NCBI GenBank assembly: GCA_964016885.1
Contig: CAXHJY010000713.1
Coordinates: forward strand, 1-64,000
Origin: Eledone cirrhosa
Taxonomy: Eukaryota
Length of the DNA stretch: 64,000 nucleotides
Reading direction: 5' to 3'
Shown here: positions 13,652-26,925 of the stretch, piece by piece
How positions within the stretch are numbered: position 1 is the stretch's first letter
Layout of the letters: every line of letters starts with the position of its first letter
Position numbers and translations under genes: made by a program
The notes under the pieces: generated by a model
What the model saw: the letters and a program-made list of their open reading frames with translations, nothing else
What the model was told of the DNA's origin: nothing
Databases searched by the model: none

Positions 13652-13780
13652 AAGTAGTAACATAACAGTTAGTTCACCATAGCGTCTCGGTATGGTGAAC
13701 TAACTGTTGTGTTACTACTTCTACCAAACTCGTCCCATGGACTGAGTGCTCTATCACTACCGATATTACCTTCCAATGTT

Positions 13781-13785
<5 letters not shown>
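13652..13785 (+). mobile_element. Short retrocopy with 5' fold-back, homologous to the sequence 3' of the 16359-16408 hammerhead
   Basis: 13685-13775 is a diverged reverse complement of ~16280-16369. 13652-13681 and 13691-13720 form a 30-bp inverted repeat. It is flanked by (TA)n and (CT)n(TA)n. Confidence 0.7.
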
Positions 13786-13872
<87 letters not shown>

Positions 13873-14416
13873 TAATAGCCGTACTTGGTCTCACACAGGT
13901 TGCCTGAAGCTAAATATGAATTCACTATATTTTGGATAAATTGTTTTTTAAAAAGTTGTTGACAATCTTTAGTTGGACCAGACATTTTAATCCACTCAGT
14001 GTTGTTAGATCTCAAATATCCAGAAGATGGCTCAAGTTGAGCTTCAGAAAAATGCGAGAAATATACATATATATGAAACATAAAATAAATTGTGATATTT
14101 ATATCTTTATTTATTTTCTTGCATTTTCCCCCGAAAAAAATTCTGAACTGAATTACATAAATTAATTTTCTTCTAATCAGTAAAATTTTCCAGTGACTGC
14201 TGTAATGCTCGGGGGCGATACAATGATTTTTTCAGTTTTTTTTTTAAAGTTAAGATGAAAAGATTGCAGTAAAATATCACGTAACATATGTATGATCTCT
14301 TTTGGAAAAGTGTGACAGTGTAATATTTCAGCTACCTTGGTGTAAAGCTAGCGTACAACTTGGAACATATATATATATATAAGACATATAACATGCATTC
14401 ACTACTATATAATTGT

Positions 14417-14456
<40 letters not shown>

Positions 14457-14835
14457 TAGATAGATAGATAATAGACAGATATAGATAGATAGATAGATAG
14501 ATATATAGATGATATAGGTAGATAATATAAAAACATAGATAGCTAGATAGATAAGAATAAGTATGCATCTTTGTGTGTATGGATAAATATTTGTGCGTGT
14601 GTATGAATGCATGTGTATGATTGTATGCACATTACTATATATATATATATATATACCCACACAAACACATACAACAGACACACACAAACACACACACACA
14701 CAACCCTATATATACATAAAATACTGTCTTTCTGTACACTGCTGTCTCGATGGTGTTAAGTACCGAGGTTCTGCTACGCCCATTTCTGTAGACAGCAGCA
14801 GAAACAACCAGGTATGGCGGAGTGATCATATATAT

Positions 14836-14939
<104 letters not shown>

Positions 14940-15210
14940 CTATGGTTTGAGGGCATACATTTTACTATATATGGAATTGATTTTACCATAATCTCGCACT
15001 AATCCAGATGCCTTATATTTATTTCATATTTTCATTTAAATTTTCTTTCTACGTATTTATATATATGTATATGGTTATATATATATCTTTACATGTTTAT
15101 ATATTTGTGTATTTATCCATTTTTGTCGATTTTTTCATGTGTCGAGACAGGCGTGAAAAATGAAACGTTTGCGAGAGTGTTTTAAAAATAGGTGTATTAA
15201 AAAAATGGTT

Positions 15211-15985
<775 letters not shown>

Positions 15986-16089
15986 ACATTTGTGTGTGTA
16001 CGTATGTTTACATAATCCTCTGTATGAATCTTTATGTCTGTTTTAAGTCGCTGTACTGTCTATCTCTATCTCTCTACTGACTTCTATAT

Positions 16090-16137
<48 letters not shown>

Positions 16138-16358
16138 TTCTCCCCCCTCTCTCTCTCAGTATGTTTGCCTGTCTGGTTGCTTTTGTGGAACGTGTGTGTA
16201 TATACAGATATATTTATTGCCTGTTATCTACAATTCATTTATATCTATAATATATATATATATATAGTGGTGGAACACTGGAAGGTAATATCCGTAGTAG
16301 TAGAGCACTCAGTCCAAGGGACAAGTTAGGTAGAAGTAGTTACACAACAGTTAGTTCA

Positions 16359-16408
16359 CCATACCGAGAACAATTGTTTCACCTGAGCGGTTCCTCAGCT
16401 CGGAATGG
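16359..16408 (-). ncRNA. Minimal type I hammerhead ribozyme (Penelope pLTR / retrozyme type)
   Basis: Minus strand CCATTCCGAG-CTGAGGA-ACC GCTCA GGT-GAAA-CAATTG-TT-CTCGGTATGG. This gives a CUGANGA core, 3-bp stem II, GAAA, palindromic minimal stem III, GUU triplet and stem I CCAT.CCGAG/CTCGG.ATGG. Confidence 0.8.
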
Positions 16409-16494
16409 GCATGGTTATAGGAACAGGAAGGACAACCGTACGAACGCGCATGCGCAGAAACTCGGTCACTTCACAGAGGCAATACTAGACTGCG

Positions 16495-16707
16495 TGCAAT
16501 AGGTGTTTGGCGACGTGTGGACAACGTGTGAAAAATTCACTCCTCGTGTTTAGGCAATCACTATTGCGAAATATCTTTAGAATAGTTATTCGTTCGTCAA
16601 TACATAAGCCACACGTCGGATTTCCCCTTGCGTATGGCTTGGACTTACTAAGTCACGAGAAGTGCATTTTTCACACGTTGTCCACACGTCGCCAAACACC
16701 TATTGCA
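16495..16707. mobile_element. MITE-like fold-back element with 42-bp perfect terminal inverted repeats
   Basis: 16495-16536 is the exact reverse complement of 16666-16707, extending to ~54 bp with 2 mismatches. No clear TSD. Confidence 0.7.
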
Positions 16708-16859
16708 TAACTACAATTGTGTACACATATTGTGTACGCTTCTTATCTTACTTTATTTACACTTCCTAAGTTCCTTACTATCTGAATACATTTGCTTTTA
16801 CTTCCTATTATTTTGCTTGTTTCAAATTTCATTGAAATCCCTGACTACATCCTCAAGGA

Positions 16860-17320
16860 TCCGGCTGGATCCTCAAACGAGAGCAACCGAGCTAAATGGA
16901 TGTTATCTAACCATCTTACGCCTAGTCTACATCTGGCTGACTTGCCGTTTGGTTTTGACCGTAAAATTCGTCCGTAGTATCGGAGCTATAATTCGCAGAA
17001 GGAACGGCATATTTCCAGGTCAAACTAGTGTCGTCGTCGTCGTCGTCGTCGTCGACGACGGCGGCGGCGGCGGCGGCGACATCCTCTTATTCTTGAGAGA
17101 GTCATGGAGGAAGAGTCTTCAAACAACCCTTCTAACGGGTCCTGTCAGAAGCAACTATCTCCAATTGATTCGGTTGGATCCCCAAGCAAGACCAACCGAG
17201 CTCATAGATGTTATCTAACTATCTAACGCATGCTCTACATCTGGGTGACCGTAAAATTTATCCAGCGATTTTTCCTGAGACATTCTAACCACATGTCCGT
17301 AGTATCAGAGCTGTGATCTC
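16860..17320 (+). pseudogene. Two decayed tandem fragments resembling the post-RT region of an RTE-type LINE
   Basis: ~16862-16995 and ~17171-17320 are diverged duplicates. The translation LNGCYLTILR...IGAIIRRRNGIFPGQ resembles RTE LDGCYTRMLR...IRxRRLxFAGH (recalled from memory). A (GTC)n(GGC)n tract separates them. Confidence 0.45.
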
Positions 17321-17429
17321 TCAACTCGCAGAGGTTTCGGCTCTACCTAAAGCGACTCCCTGGTCTCCTAGCCTAAACTTTTAAAAGTTTTCTTGCACAA
17401 TCTTTGCTCTGTAGAATGGGTAACAATCA

Positions 17430-19859
17430 TGCATGAAAGGCACGGACTCCCTACTTCACACTGAAGGACCACAAATCCGACTTCGACCGCAAATCATCCA
17501 TTAAGCTTATAAACCCAATGAAGTCGGACATAGGGAGAATCAGTAAAAAGATCCTAGACCAAGTTATACCAAAAGTTAAGCAAAACGTGAGGCTTAGCCT
17601 ATGGGTCAGCACCCAGGAAGTAATCTCATGGTTCAGGAATATGGAGGACAAACGAGACACAAAATTCATCCAGTTTGACATAGAGAGTTACTATGCATCT
17701 ATTACCTTACCGCTCCTTACGGCCGCCTTGGAGTTTGCCGAAACACTCACACCCATCACTGAGCAGGAAAGAAATATCATTCTCCACGCCAGGAAGACAG
17801 TCCTACTTTTCGACAACTCTAAGTGGATAAAGAGAGCTCCCGACTCCCCCTTCGACGTCAGTATGGGCGCGACGGATTCGGCCGAGGTCACAGATCTTAT
17901 AGGATTATTCCTACTATTTAAACTCACCGAAATGTTTCCTGCATTCGGCGGTGGATTGTACCGGGATAATGGGCTCCTCACCCTCAAAGGGTACAACCCC
18001 AGTAGTACAGACCGGGTCCGTAAACAATTAATCAACTTCTTCAGGGACAGGGGATTTAAAATCACCCTACAAACCTCCCTAACCCGAGTCAATTTCCTGG
18101 ACGTTACCCTTAACCTCGAAAATGATCTGTACTACCCATACAGAAAACCAAACGTAACCTGCACTACATCCACCGCCGCTCTAACCATCCTAGAAACATC
18201 ACCAATAACCTGGTTAAAAACATCTCCCTCCGCATATCTCGTTTGTCCGCTAATGAGCAGATATTCGACGAACACGCGCCTCATTACAACCAGGCCCTCA
18301 AGCGGAGTGGCTTCCGGGAGGAAATATCCTTTTATCCAGCTTCCCTTAGCGGATCCAACAGGCGACACCGCCGCTCACGCAATGTAACGTGGTTCAATCC
18401 TCCCCATAATGCCGAGGTGGCAACACCCATCGGGAAAATCTTCTTTAGACTCCTCGAAAAACACTTCCCACTACAACACCGTTACCACAACATAATCAAC
18501 AAAAACACCATCAAACTATTCTATAGCACCACACCTAACTTCACACAAAACATCGTCTCCACAAACAACAAAAAACTCAACCCTTATGGAAGAAATAACC
18601 TAGACATCAGTGGAGAGCTGACCAGGAGGTGTAACTGCCCTGATAGATCTACGTTCCCCCTCAACAACAAATGCCGAGAACGTAACGTGATCTACCAGTG
18701 AAACATGAGGACGGACACCTCCAACAAAGCTTATATAGGATTAACCGCGTGTGACTTGAAGACCCGGCTCTACCAACACCGACATACTTTCCGAAACCCG
18801 GTCCGGCGACATGCCACTACACTTTCGGGCCACATCTGGGACCTCCAAGATAATAATATAATCTACAATCTCACTTGGAGCTTACTGTCCAAAGCTAACT
18901 CTTACACGGGAGGACGCCGTCCGTATAATTTATGCTCGGAGGAAACATTGCAAACGCTGTTTTCGAAGGACCAACTCCTAAACAAGAAAGAGGAACTGGT
19001 ATCCGCATGTAAACACAGATTGCGTAGGACTTACATCGCCCCCAAACCCCATAACGACCCGGGTGAGTAGACAAGGACTGATATCTCCCTACTTGCCGAA
19101 TAAGTTAGGGGAAACCCCAGCTTACTTAGGTAGATGTATCTCTTTTCTTTTCTTTTCTTTTCCTCTTTGTCTTCTTCTTCCCCCTGTTTCTTTCCACCCT
19201 CTATTTTCTTCCTCGTCTGCTTTTCCCCTTCGCCTACCCCGATGCAGCCCATCGGGCCTCTGTAGCATCAGTTCCCCCTCCTCTGTAATTTTAAGATAGA
19301 ATTGGCCGAATATGTCTTACTAACCACTTATAGCAGACGTGTTAAACCACTTTAATTCTGTATCACTTCTGGTACTACTCACTATCTACAAGTTTTTTCT
19401 ATTCTCAACTTATTAACCTGTAATTGTAAGATAGCATTGTGATTTTTTTTATTCATTTCTCACTATCTAATTTTATATATTTTTTTATTTCTTTCTATTA
19501 TCTTTCATTGTCTCCTACTCTCATTCGATTTACCTATTCTATAACCTCCCTCCTCCACGTCATACACTAGCCTTAGAATCTGCTGTATACATATCACTTT
19601 CAACGCTTGACCGCTCCACTCACTCCCCTATTGTTCTACAGGCAAGTTCAGCCACCCCTACCTCCCACCAAATACCATGATAGACTTATTTGTGTATACA
19701 ACAAATTTTAACCAATCCTCTTGACAACTACAATCTTCCCATATAAAGAAGTACCCCCTTGACAAGTTCGGCTATTTATTCACCAGGCTAAAAATTCTAA
19801 TTTAGTCCAGAAATAGCCGTCGAAACGGCTTGAGCTCTGCCGTCGGGGTCATACATTTT

Positions 19860-19860
<1 letters not shown>
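17430..19860 (+). mobile_element. 5'-truncated, decayed Penelope-like retroelement (Naiad-like) with RT and C-terminal GIY-YIG endonuclease
   Basis: Motifs TLKDHK...LINPxKSDIG, FIQFDIESYY, SMGA, LYRDNG (DD>DN), NFLDVTL, SNHP, WFNPP, CNC, IYQ*...AYIGLT...RLYQH. Frameshift at ~18155, TGA at 18699-18701, stop at 19070. The 3' UTR ends at (TA)n. Confidence 0.9.
19753..19849 (+). ncRNA. Degenerate type I hammerhead at the 3' end of the Penelope-like element
   Basis: CCCC-TTGACAA (decayed CUGANGA)-G..CGGCTATTT...AAATAGCCG..C-GAAA-CGGC loop GCCG-TC-GGGG. All three stems and the GUC triplet are present; the core is mutated. Confidence 0.65.
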
Positions 19861-19912
<52 letters not shown>

Positions 19913-20204
19913 TTAGTATATTTAGTATTATTTAGTATAATTTGTAATATTTTTACATAGATCTATATGATATACATACCAACACACATATACATCCTAG
20001 AAACGATCGTAAAATGATGACTTTTTTAATATAAGGAACTTGTTCTTTGTTTTATTTCATTGTTTTTATTAATTTATCTTGACTCTGTTTTCCTATGATT
20101 TTCATCGAAAATTTTTGAATGCATCTTCTCTTTTCATGATATTTGGATTACATTGAGTTCTTCATACGGATTGGACACTACCGTATATTTTGGTAGATTT
20201 ATCT

Positions 20205-20245
<41 letters not shown>

Positions 20246-20273
20246 CAAATGTTCAAGACCCCGACTCAGAGCT

Positions 20274-20363
<90 letters not shown>

Positions 20364-20462
20364 TATATATGTGTGTGCATGTGTATTCATGAATGTATAT
20401 ATATATATATATATATACACACGTATATACATATAACATACTTAAATATTTACATACGTTAG

Positions 20463-20494
<32 letters not shown>

Positions 20495-20507
20495 CATGTG
20501 TATGTAT

Positions 20508-20555
<48 letters not shown>

Positions 20556-20631
20556 GTATAACATACATACATACGTTCGTATATATACATTTATATATAT
20601 ATACATATATGGTGGCTGCCAACTCGTTTTC

Positions 20632-21387
<756 letters not shown>

Positions 21388-21589
21388 TGTGTCTGTGTAT
21401 TTGTGTGTGCGTGTGCGTGTTCTAGATTATATAATCCTCCCACCAGAGCAATTAGGAATATTTCCAGAAGATTACAAACACTAATATAGATTCCTTTTCA
21501 TGTCTTCTCTATTCTTCAAATCCTGAGTGTTTTCTTTCATGGTGAGGAGTGAGGATTTCTGAGCCTGTATTAGTATAGACATAGTCGGT

Positions 21590-21900
21590 TTTCTATCACA
21601 ACTGGAGCCTACCAGCCTTGACTGTCTTGACCGTAAGCACCCTGACGGATTCATTCCTTTACCATTTGTGGAGGGGTAAATCTTTAATCTGGAACACCAC
21701 ATACTTTAACATATTTTACATTACCGACCCAGGCACTGCAGCCAGTAACGTAGATGAGCAAAAGATATCTGAATACGGGGATTTGTCCACCCGTTTCTTT
21801 TTTGAGCTGGTCAACGTCAAAACCCCTTGTGTCCTTCCCGTCCGGATTGGCACAAAGAAGTGGAAGATAACCAAATGCCAGGATTTGACCGACCACTTCT
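21590..21900 (+). pseudogene. Decayed restriction-like endonuclease domain of a CRE/NeSL-type non-LTR element
   Basis: Across a frameshift: LEP...RKHPDG...WRGKSLIWNTT...GTAA...EQKISEYGDL...F...VKT, matching the KRPDG/W..GK.L.WD.T/AA..E..K..KY/ET pattern. Confidence 0.55.
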
Positions 21901-22337
21901 TTTTGTGCCGGTTGCCGTTGAGATTTCCAGTGTCCTCGGACCCCGGACTTCAATTTCCTTCCTCAAAATCAGGGGGAATGTGCCACACTTAGAGAATAAG
22001 TCATGCTCTGGAATGGCTGATGTAGCGGATATCGCTGGCTTTTTTCCGTGGCAATGTTTTCTATACTGCCTTCATTCTACTCCTCTTTTAATTATTTAAT
22101 TTATTTCTTATCCTTCTCCACCATTTTGTCTTATTCGCCCTTCCTATTTATTATTCCAATCCTGTTTTTTTTACTGTTTTTTTTTGTGTGTGCCTTTGTT
22201 GGTAGTGGGTGTCAAATTCTCTCATCATTGTATGTTTTTGAACAACAAAAAATTCAATAAATCTTCCTAATCCCCCCTTTAACTGCTGAGCTGTTTATTT
22301 CTGTTTTGGAATACCTTAATATTAAGGTATGTGTGCC

Positions 22338-22435
<98 letters not shown>

Positions 22436-22486
22436 AGTGTGTGAGTGCATGCGCCTCTACATACATATAAAGTTATAAGTTTATAC

Positions 22487-22797
22487 CAGTGGTTCCCAAT
22501 CTTTTGTGTACCATGCCCCACCTCAACATCTAAAACATTGTTATGTCCCCACCCTTGATATGAAAATAGCGACGATCAACTGCAAAGTATAAACAAATTT
22601 GTGTATAAGTTGTGCTATATTCACAATAACATGTGTGGAGTAGGTGAGACAGGAGGTTCTAACAGAAATGTGTTCCAAAGTCGCCTTGGTGTAAAAGTAA
22701 CCTTAAGTTTGTTCCCATTAACATCATTTTCAAATGGACCCCTTAAATATTTAAATTGCTCCCCTGTGGGATGTGCGGCCTACCTTGGAAACCACTG
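22487..22797. mobile_element. hAT (Charlie-like) MITE, 311 bp
   Basis: TIRs CAGTGGTTCCCAA / TTGGAAACCACTG and a perfect 8-bp TSD GTTTATAC (22479-22486, 22798-22805). Confidence 0.88.
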
Positions 22798-23139
22798 GTT
22801 TATACAAATGTTACTGCGTATCAAGGCGGTCAATTTTGCAAGATAGTGAGTTTGATATTTGTTCCGGGTGTCAGCGTTCTGAGTGCAAATCCGTCCCAGG
22901 TTGACATTGCCTCTAATTCTTTCAGGGTCGAAAAAAAGTAGCAGCCCAGTGGCGGTGCAGTCCCATCTCTCCTTACTGCTTTCACTCCATGGATATTTCA
23001 CTGGATAAAGGGAGGAGGGAGGCTGGAGAGGGTGTCAGTGTCTATTTGCGAATGTATGAGTTCCTAGAGCCATTAGCGATTTCACAGTACATACCACCAA
23101 GCCATATTCGATTGCGTGTGACGGCTCCAGTACTACGAA

Positions 23140-23471
23140 TAAAAGGATATGTAGCGGTACTCCGTCGGTTGCAATGACGAGTGTTCCAGTTAATATGATC
23201 ACCAGAACAGCTTGGTCATGGAATTAAAGTGGCTGAGTATTCCACAAACACGTATACCCTTAAAGTAGTTCTCAAGGAGATTCAGCATGACACAGAATAT
23301 GACAAGATTGGCCCTTAGAATTATAGGTGTAACACATTCTTGCCAGCTGAGTGGATTGGAGCAAGTGAAATAAACTGTTTTGCTCACGAACACAGCGTGC
23401 CGCCGGGAATCGAACTTACGACCTTACGATCACGAGCCGAATATTCTAACCACAAAGTCACGCATCTTCAC
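23140..23471 (-). mobile_element. tRNA-derived CORE-like SINE (family B)
   Basis: The minus strand has a tRNA-like head (GTGGTTAGAA...GTTCGATTCCC) followed by GAGCAAAACAGTTTATTTCAC. Related sequences lie at 29760-29890 and ~24460-24740. Confidence 0.65.
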
Positions 23472-24304
23472 GAAAAAAGATATGTACCTCTATTACAAAG
23501 GCAAGTGTAATTTATATATACCGTTTGGGGCATTTAAGTGTGAACCTTTATAAAAACTCATATTCTTTTTATATGTTGACAAAACCTAACTCAATTTTTA
23601 CAGAATAAAGATATACAGCTAAAGTAGGTTTTTTTAAAAATTTTATTAATTGTTATTACATTTTTATCTCATTTATATCAACATGTTTTGCCTTTTTACC
23701 GAGAAAATAGTCCATAGTAGGGGTTTTGAACAAACATCTACAAAAGTAAAGAGAATAATGTCAAAGAAAAATAAACTCAGGACAAAAGATGTAAACATTG
23801 ACAAGAAAACCAATAAATCGTTGCTTTGAGATGAAAACCTTAGTGATATTTGTTTCGCCCCTAGTTGCACATTGTACATTCAGTGAAGCACTCATTGATT
23901 CGTTGGAATACTGTAACTATTGATACTATTATTCCTTAAATGCGATGAAAAATATAAATAAATATAAATACCAGAATTAATAAGTCGAATAACTGTCTCC
24001 CTTTAACTAGAGATATACATAACTCGTCATATTGCTAAAGATAGATATTCACAGCCCAACTATATTATGAACAATAAAAAATTCAAAGTCACTGAGCTCC
24101 CATGTTATACCATGGGCGCTTATCTTCTGGTGAAATTGTAGGTAAGTTGGTATGACAGCGTATTCTAGGCTTTTAAATTAAACTTGGCAGATCCCACCCC
24201 TTTGCAGGTTTAGACAGAGCCGATTTCTTACAAAGAGAGAGGGGAAAGGAAGATAAGGTAAGTAAGAAAGAGATATAGAGGAAAAATCGACTTAGTAATG
24301 GAAT

Positions 24305-24430
24305 GGTTACTTTATCGATCTCGAGAGTATGAAAAGTAAATTTGATCTCAGCGGGATTTGAACTCGGATTGCAGAAGGCCGAATCAAATAACGTAAAGTA
24401 TTCCATTTGACGTTCTAATGAATTCATTTA
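24305..24430 (-). mobile_element. Decayed SINE family A fragment
   Basis: TACTTTATCGAT...TGAAAAGTAAATTTGATCTCAGCGGGATTTGAACTC, similar to 13086-13272. Confidence 0.55.
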
Positions 24431-24459
24431 TACTTAGAGGTATTAGATCGAAATTGTGG

Positions 24460-24740
24460 ACGCAGCTTGGCCGAATTAAGAAGTTCACTTCGCTATCATT
24501 AGGTTTCGGGTTCGATCCGATTGCATGGGATCTTGAGCATTTACCAAAACCTTGAGTTGACCCATACTTTGAGAGTGAAGTTTGGTAGATCGAAATTGTT
24601 TAGAAGCCCGTCGTATGGACTGTACTTGTATTTCAGACAGCCAATCTTGTCACACACCGTGTCAGTTTAAATCTTCTCGAGAATTACATTATGGGTACAC
24701 GTGTCTGTGACATTCTCAGCCACTTACACGTTAATTTGAG
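24460..24740 (+). mobile_element. Decayed tRNA-derived SINE
   Basis: TGGCCG...GGTTCGATCCG head; the 3' part is similar to the body of the 23140-23471 element. Confidence 0.5.
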
Positions 24741-25099
24741 TGAGCATCTGTAACACTTATTTCCGAAAACGACGGAGATCCATTCCATTCCAGATAGAAA
24801 CTCCAAGAATATCATGCAATAGTTTTGTTTTTGAAGTGTGATTTGAAGGAGATTTAGCTGCTATTATTAGCCTCTTTAACTGAACTGTGAGTGATTTTAG
24901 CGACACAGTGGGCAATAAAGCACAACAATGTTTCAATATAAAAATCAAACAACAAAATTTTTATTTCCTGGTTCCTGTCTTTAAGTGGTTAATAGAATTG
25001 ATTGTGAGACTGTGGTGATTGTTGCTGTCAATGTTCTCACCCATTCACAGAATTTCAATCAGATTTCCTGCTCATTGTTTCCTGGATTCATCTTCAACT

Positions 25100-25520
25100 A
25101 ATGAACAACAACATGGACGACGATAATGACAATAGCGACTTCAACAACAACTACAACACATAAACTAATAATATGCAACAACGACAATAACATCTACAAA
25201 ATTAATGACTACAACAACAACAGCAACGACGAAAACAACAACTATGACAACTACTACAACAACAACAACTACAACGATAGCAACAACAACAAAGTCAACA
25301 ACATCAACACCTACTACTAAAAACAACAACAACAACGTCAAGAACTACAACACAAAAACCAATGGAACAACAACAATACTGACAACAACGTTGACGAGAT
25401 GAACACATACTGACTAATGAACAACAATGACAACACAAACCAATGAAAAGACTACAACGTCAACAAAAACAACAACACACAAAATACTGAACTAACAATA
25501 ACATCAACATCAACACCGTA
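25100..25520. repeat. Degenerate (AAC)n low-complexity tract
   Basis: Visible AAC/GAC/TAC triplets. Confidence 0.85.
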
Positions 25521-25633
25521 TAAAGCAATGAAACAGCAATAGTCTAAGAAGCCATTTAGTACAAAATATATTTGCTGTTGAGCTGGAATGATAAGGGAGA
25601 TAATTCATAGAATCAGTTGTGAATGAATGTGAT

Positions 25634-25697
25634 TATATCTAACAGTATATCTAACAGTATATCTAACAGTATATCTAACAGTATGTCTAACAGTATA
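25634..25697. repeat. 12-bp minisatellite (TATATCTAACAG) x5
   Basis: Directly visible. Confidence 0.9.
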
Positions 25698-26739
25698 TAA
25701 AATAATTGAAATATAGGGAGTTTCAATAAATTTTATATCAATGGCCTTTTCCCAGGATTGTCACATTAAAATATACTAGCAGAAAGGGGTGGTTCTTCTG
25801 CTAGCATGTGTAGTGTGCATATTGATATTATACGCAAATGTATATGCATGTAGATATGATGCGTCAAAGAAAATCGTAATTGACAATATGTATAGAAATT
25901 GAAGAGAGACTGTATTACACTCTGTAATCAGTAAAGTAACCCATGATACATTTAAAAAAGATGATATTATATATAAACTGCATTACGGTGAAATGTTATG
26001 AAAACTAAAAAGGAGAAAATTAGCGACGGAAATATAAACGTTATGATGCAAATATATGAATGTTTATATAAGCGGTGTGATATAGTGTCGTGTTATATGA
26101 GTTATGATATAACAGAAAGAAGTGAATCTTAAAATAAGCATTACATGATAAATAAGAATATTTATGTCTAATCAAGAGCTACGAAATTTAGTAGATAAGT
26201 TACATAATATTCATTCAGGATTTATTCAAAGTAATCCAACTTATTTTAATAACGTGTTCAGAAAAATATCCCGGACACAGTCCCGCAGTCCTGCAGTCAT
26301 TATATATTAGATATTGTGAATTAGTGTTATAATGTTGACACATTTTGAGGAATAAATCTTATGATGCTCAGCATTAAATCTGCTCAGTCTTATTGGCCCA
26401 GACTTTTTAGTTTCTGAGATATTTACATCTGAAATTATATCAATTTTTTTAAACACCCTGTATAACAGTTGTGTATTTAATTCTTGCAGTGGTGCAATGA
26501 AATCAAAGATCCTACAGTTTAAAATATGTGAATTGCTCAAAACAAGAAGTGTCAAACATTAGGTTTGTCAACAATGTATGTGTACGTGTAAGTGCGGTAA
26601 GTAAACACTAGGTCAAAACACAAAGGAACCAATACATAACACTAGTTCAAACACAAGGTCAAAACACAAAGGAACCAAACTCCCACTGTCATTGCCTCCG
26701 TTTTTCCTGCTCTCTCCATCTCTCATTATTTTGAGCAAA

Positions 26740-26925
26740 GGGCGGTGAATTGGCAGTATCAGTAGAGGGTCAGACGCCATACTTTCCAGCAGAGTTACGT
26801 CCCTTTAAGGTCTGAGTTCAAATCCCATCGAGGTTAACTTTGCCTTTCATCCATTACGAGGGCGATAAAATAAAGTACCGGTAATGTACTGGGTAATTGC
26901 TGGCCTTGTACCAAAAGTAGATACA
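26740..26925 (+). mobile_element. Full-length tRNA-derived SINE (family A) with 15-bp TSD
   Basis: TSD ATTATTTTGAGCAAA at 26725-26739 and 26926-26940. A-box-like TGGCAGTATCAG and B-box-like GAGTTCAAATCC. Confidence 0.88.

Noticed and set aside
14020-14060. CAGAAGA-TG-GCTCAA/TTGAGC-TTCA-GAAA hammerhead-like hairpin
   Set aside because: The core is mutated and stems I and III are not identifiable.
26400-26462. Tc1/mariner-like terminus (minus strand TA-CAGGGTGTTTAAAAAA)
   Set aside because: Only one end was found, with no partner TIR or transposase.
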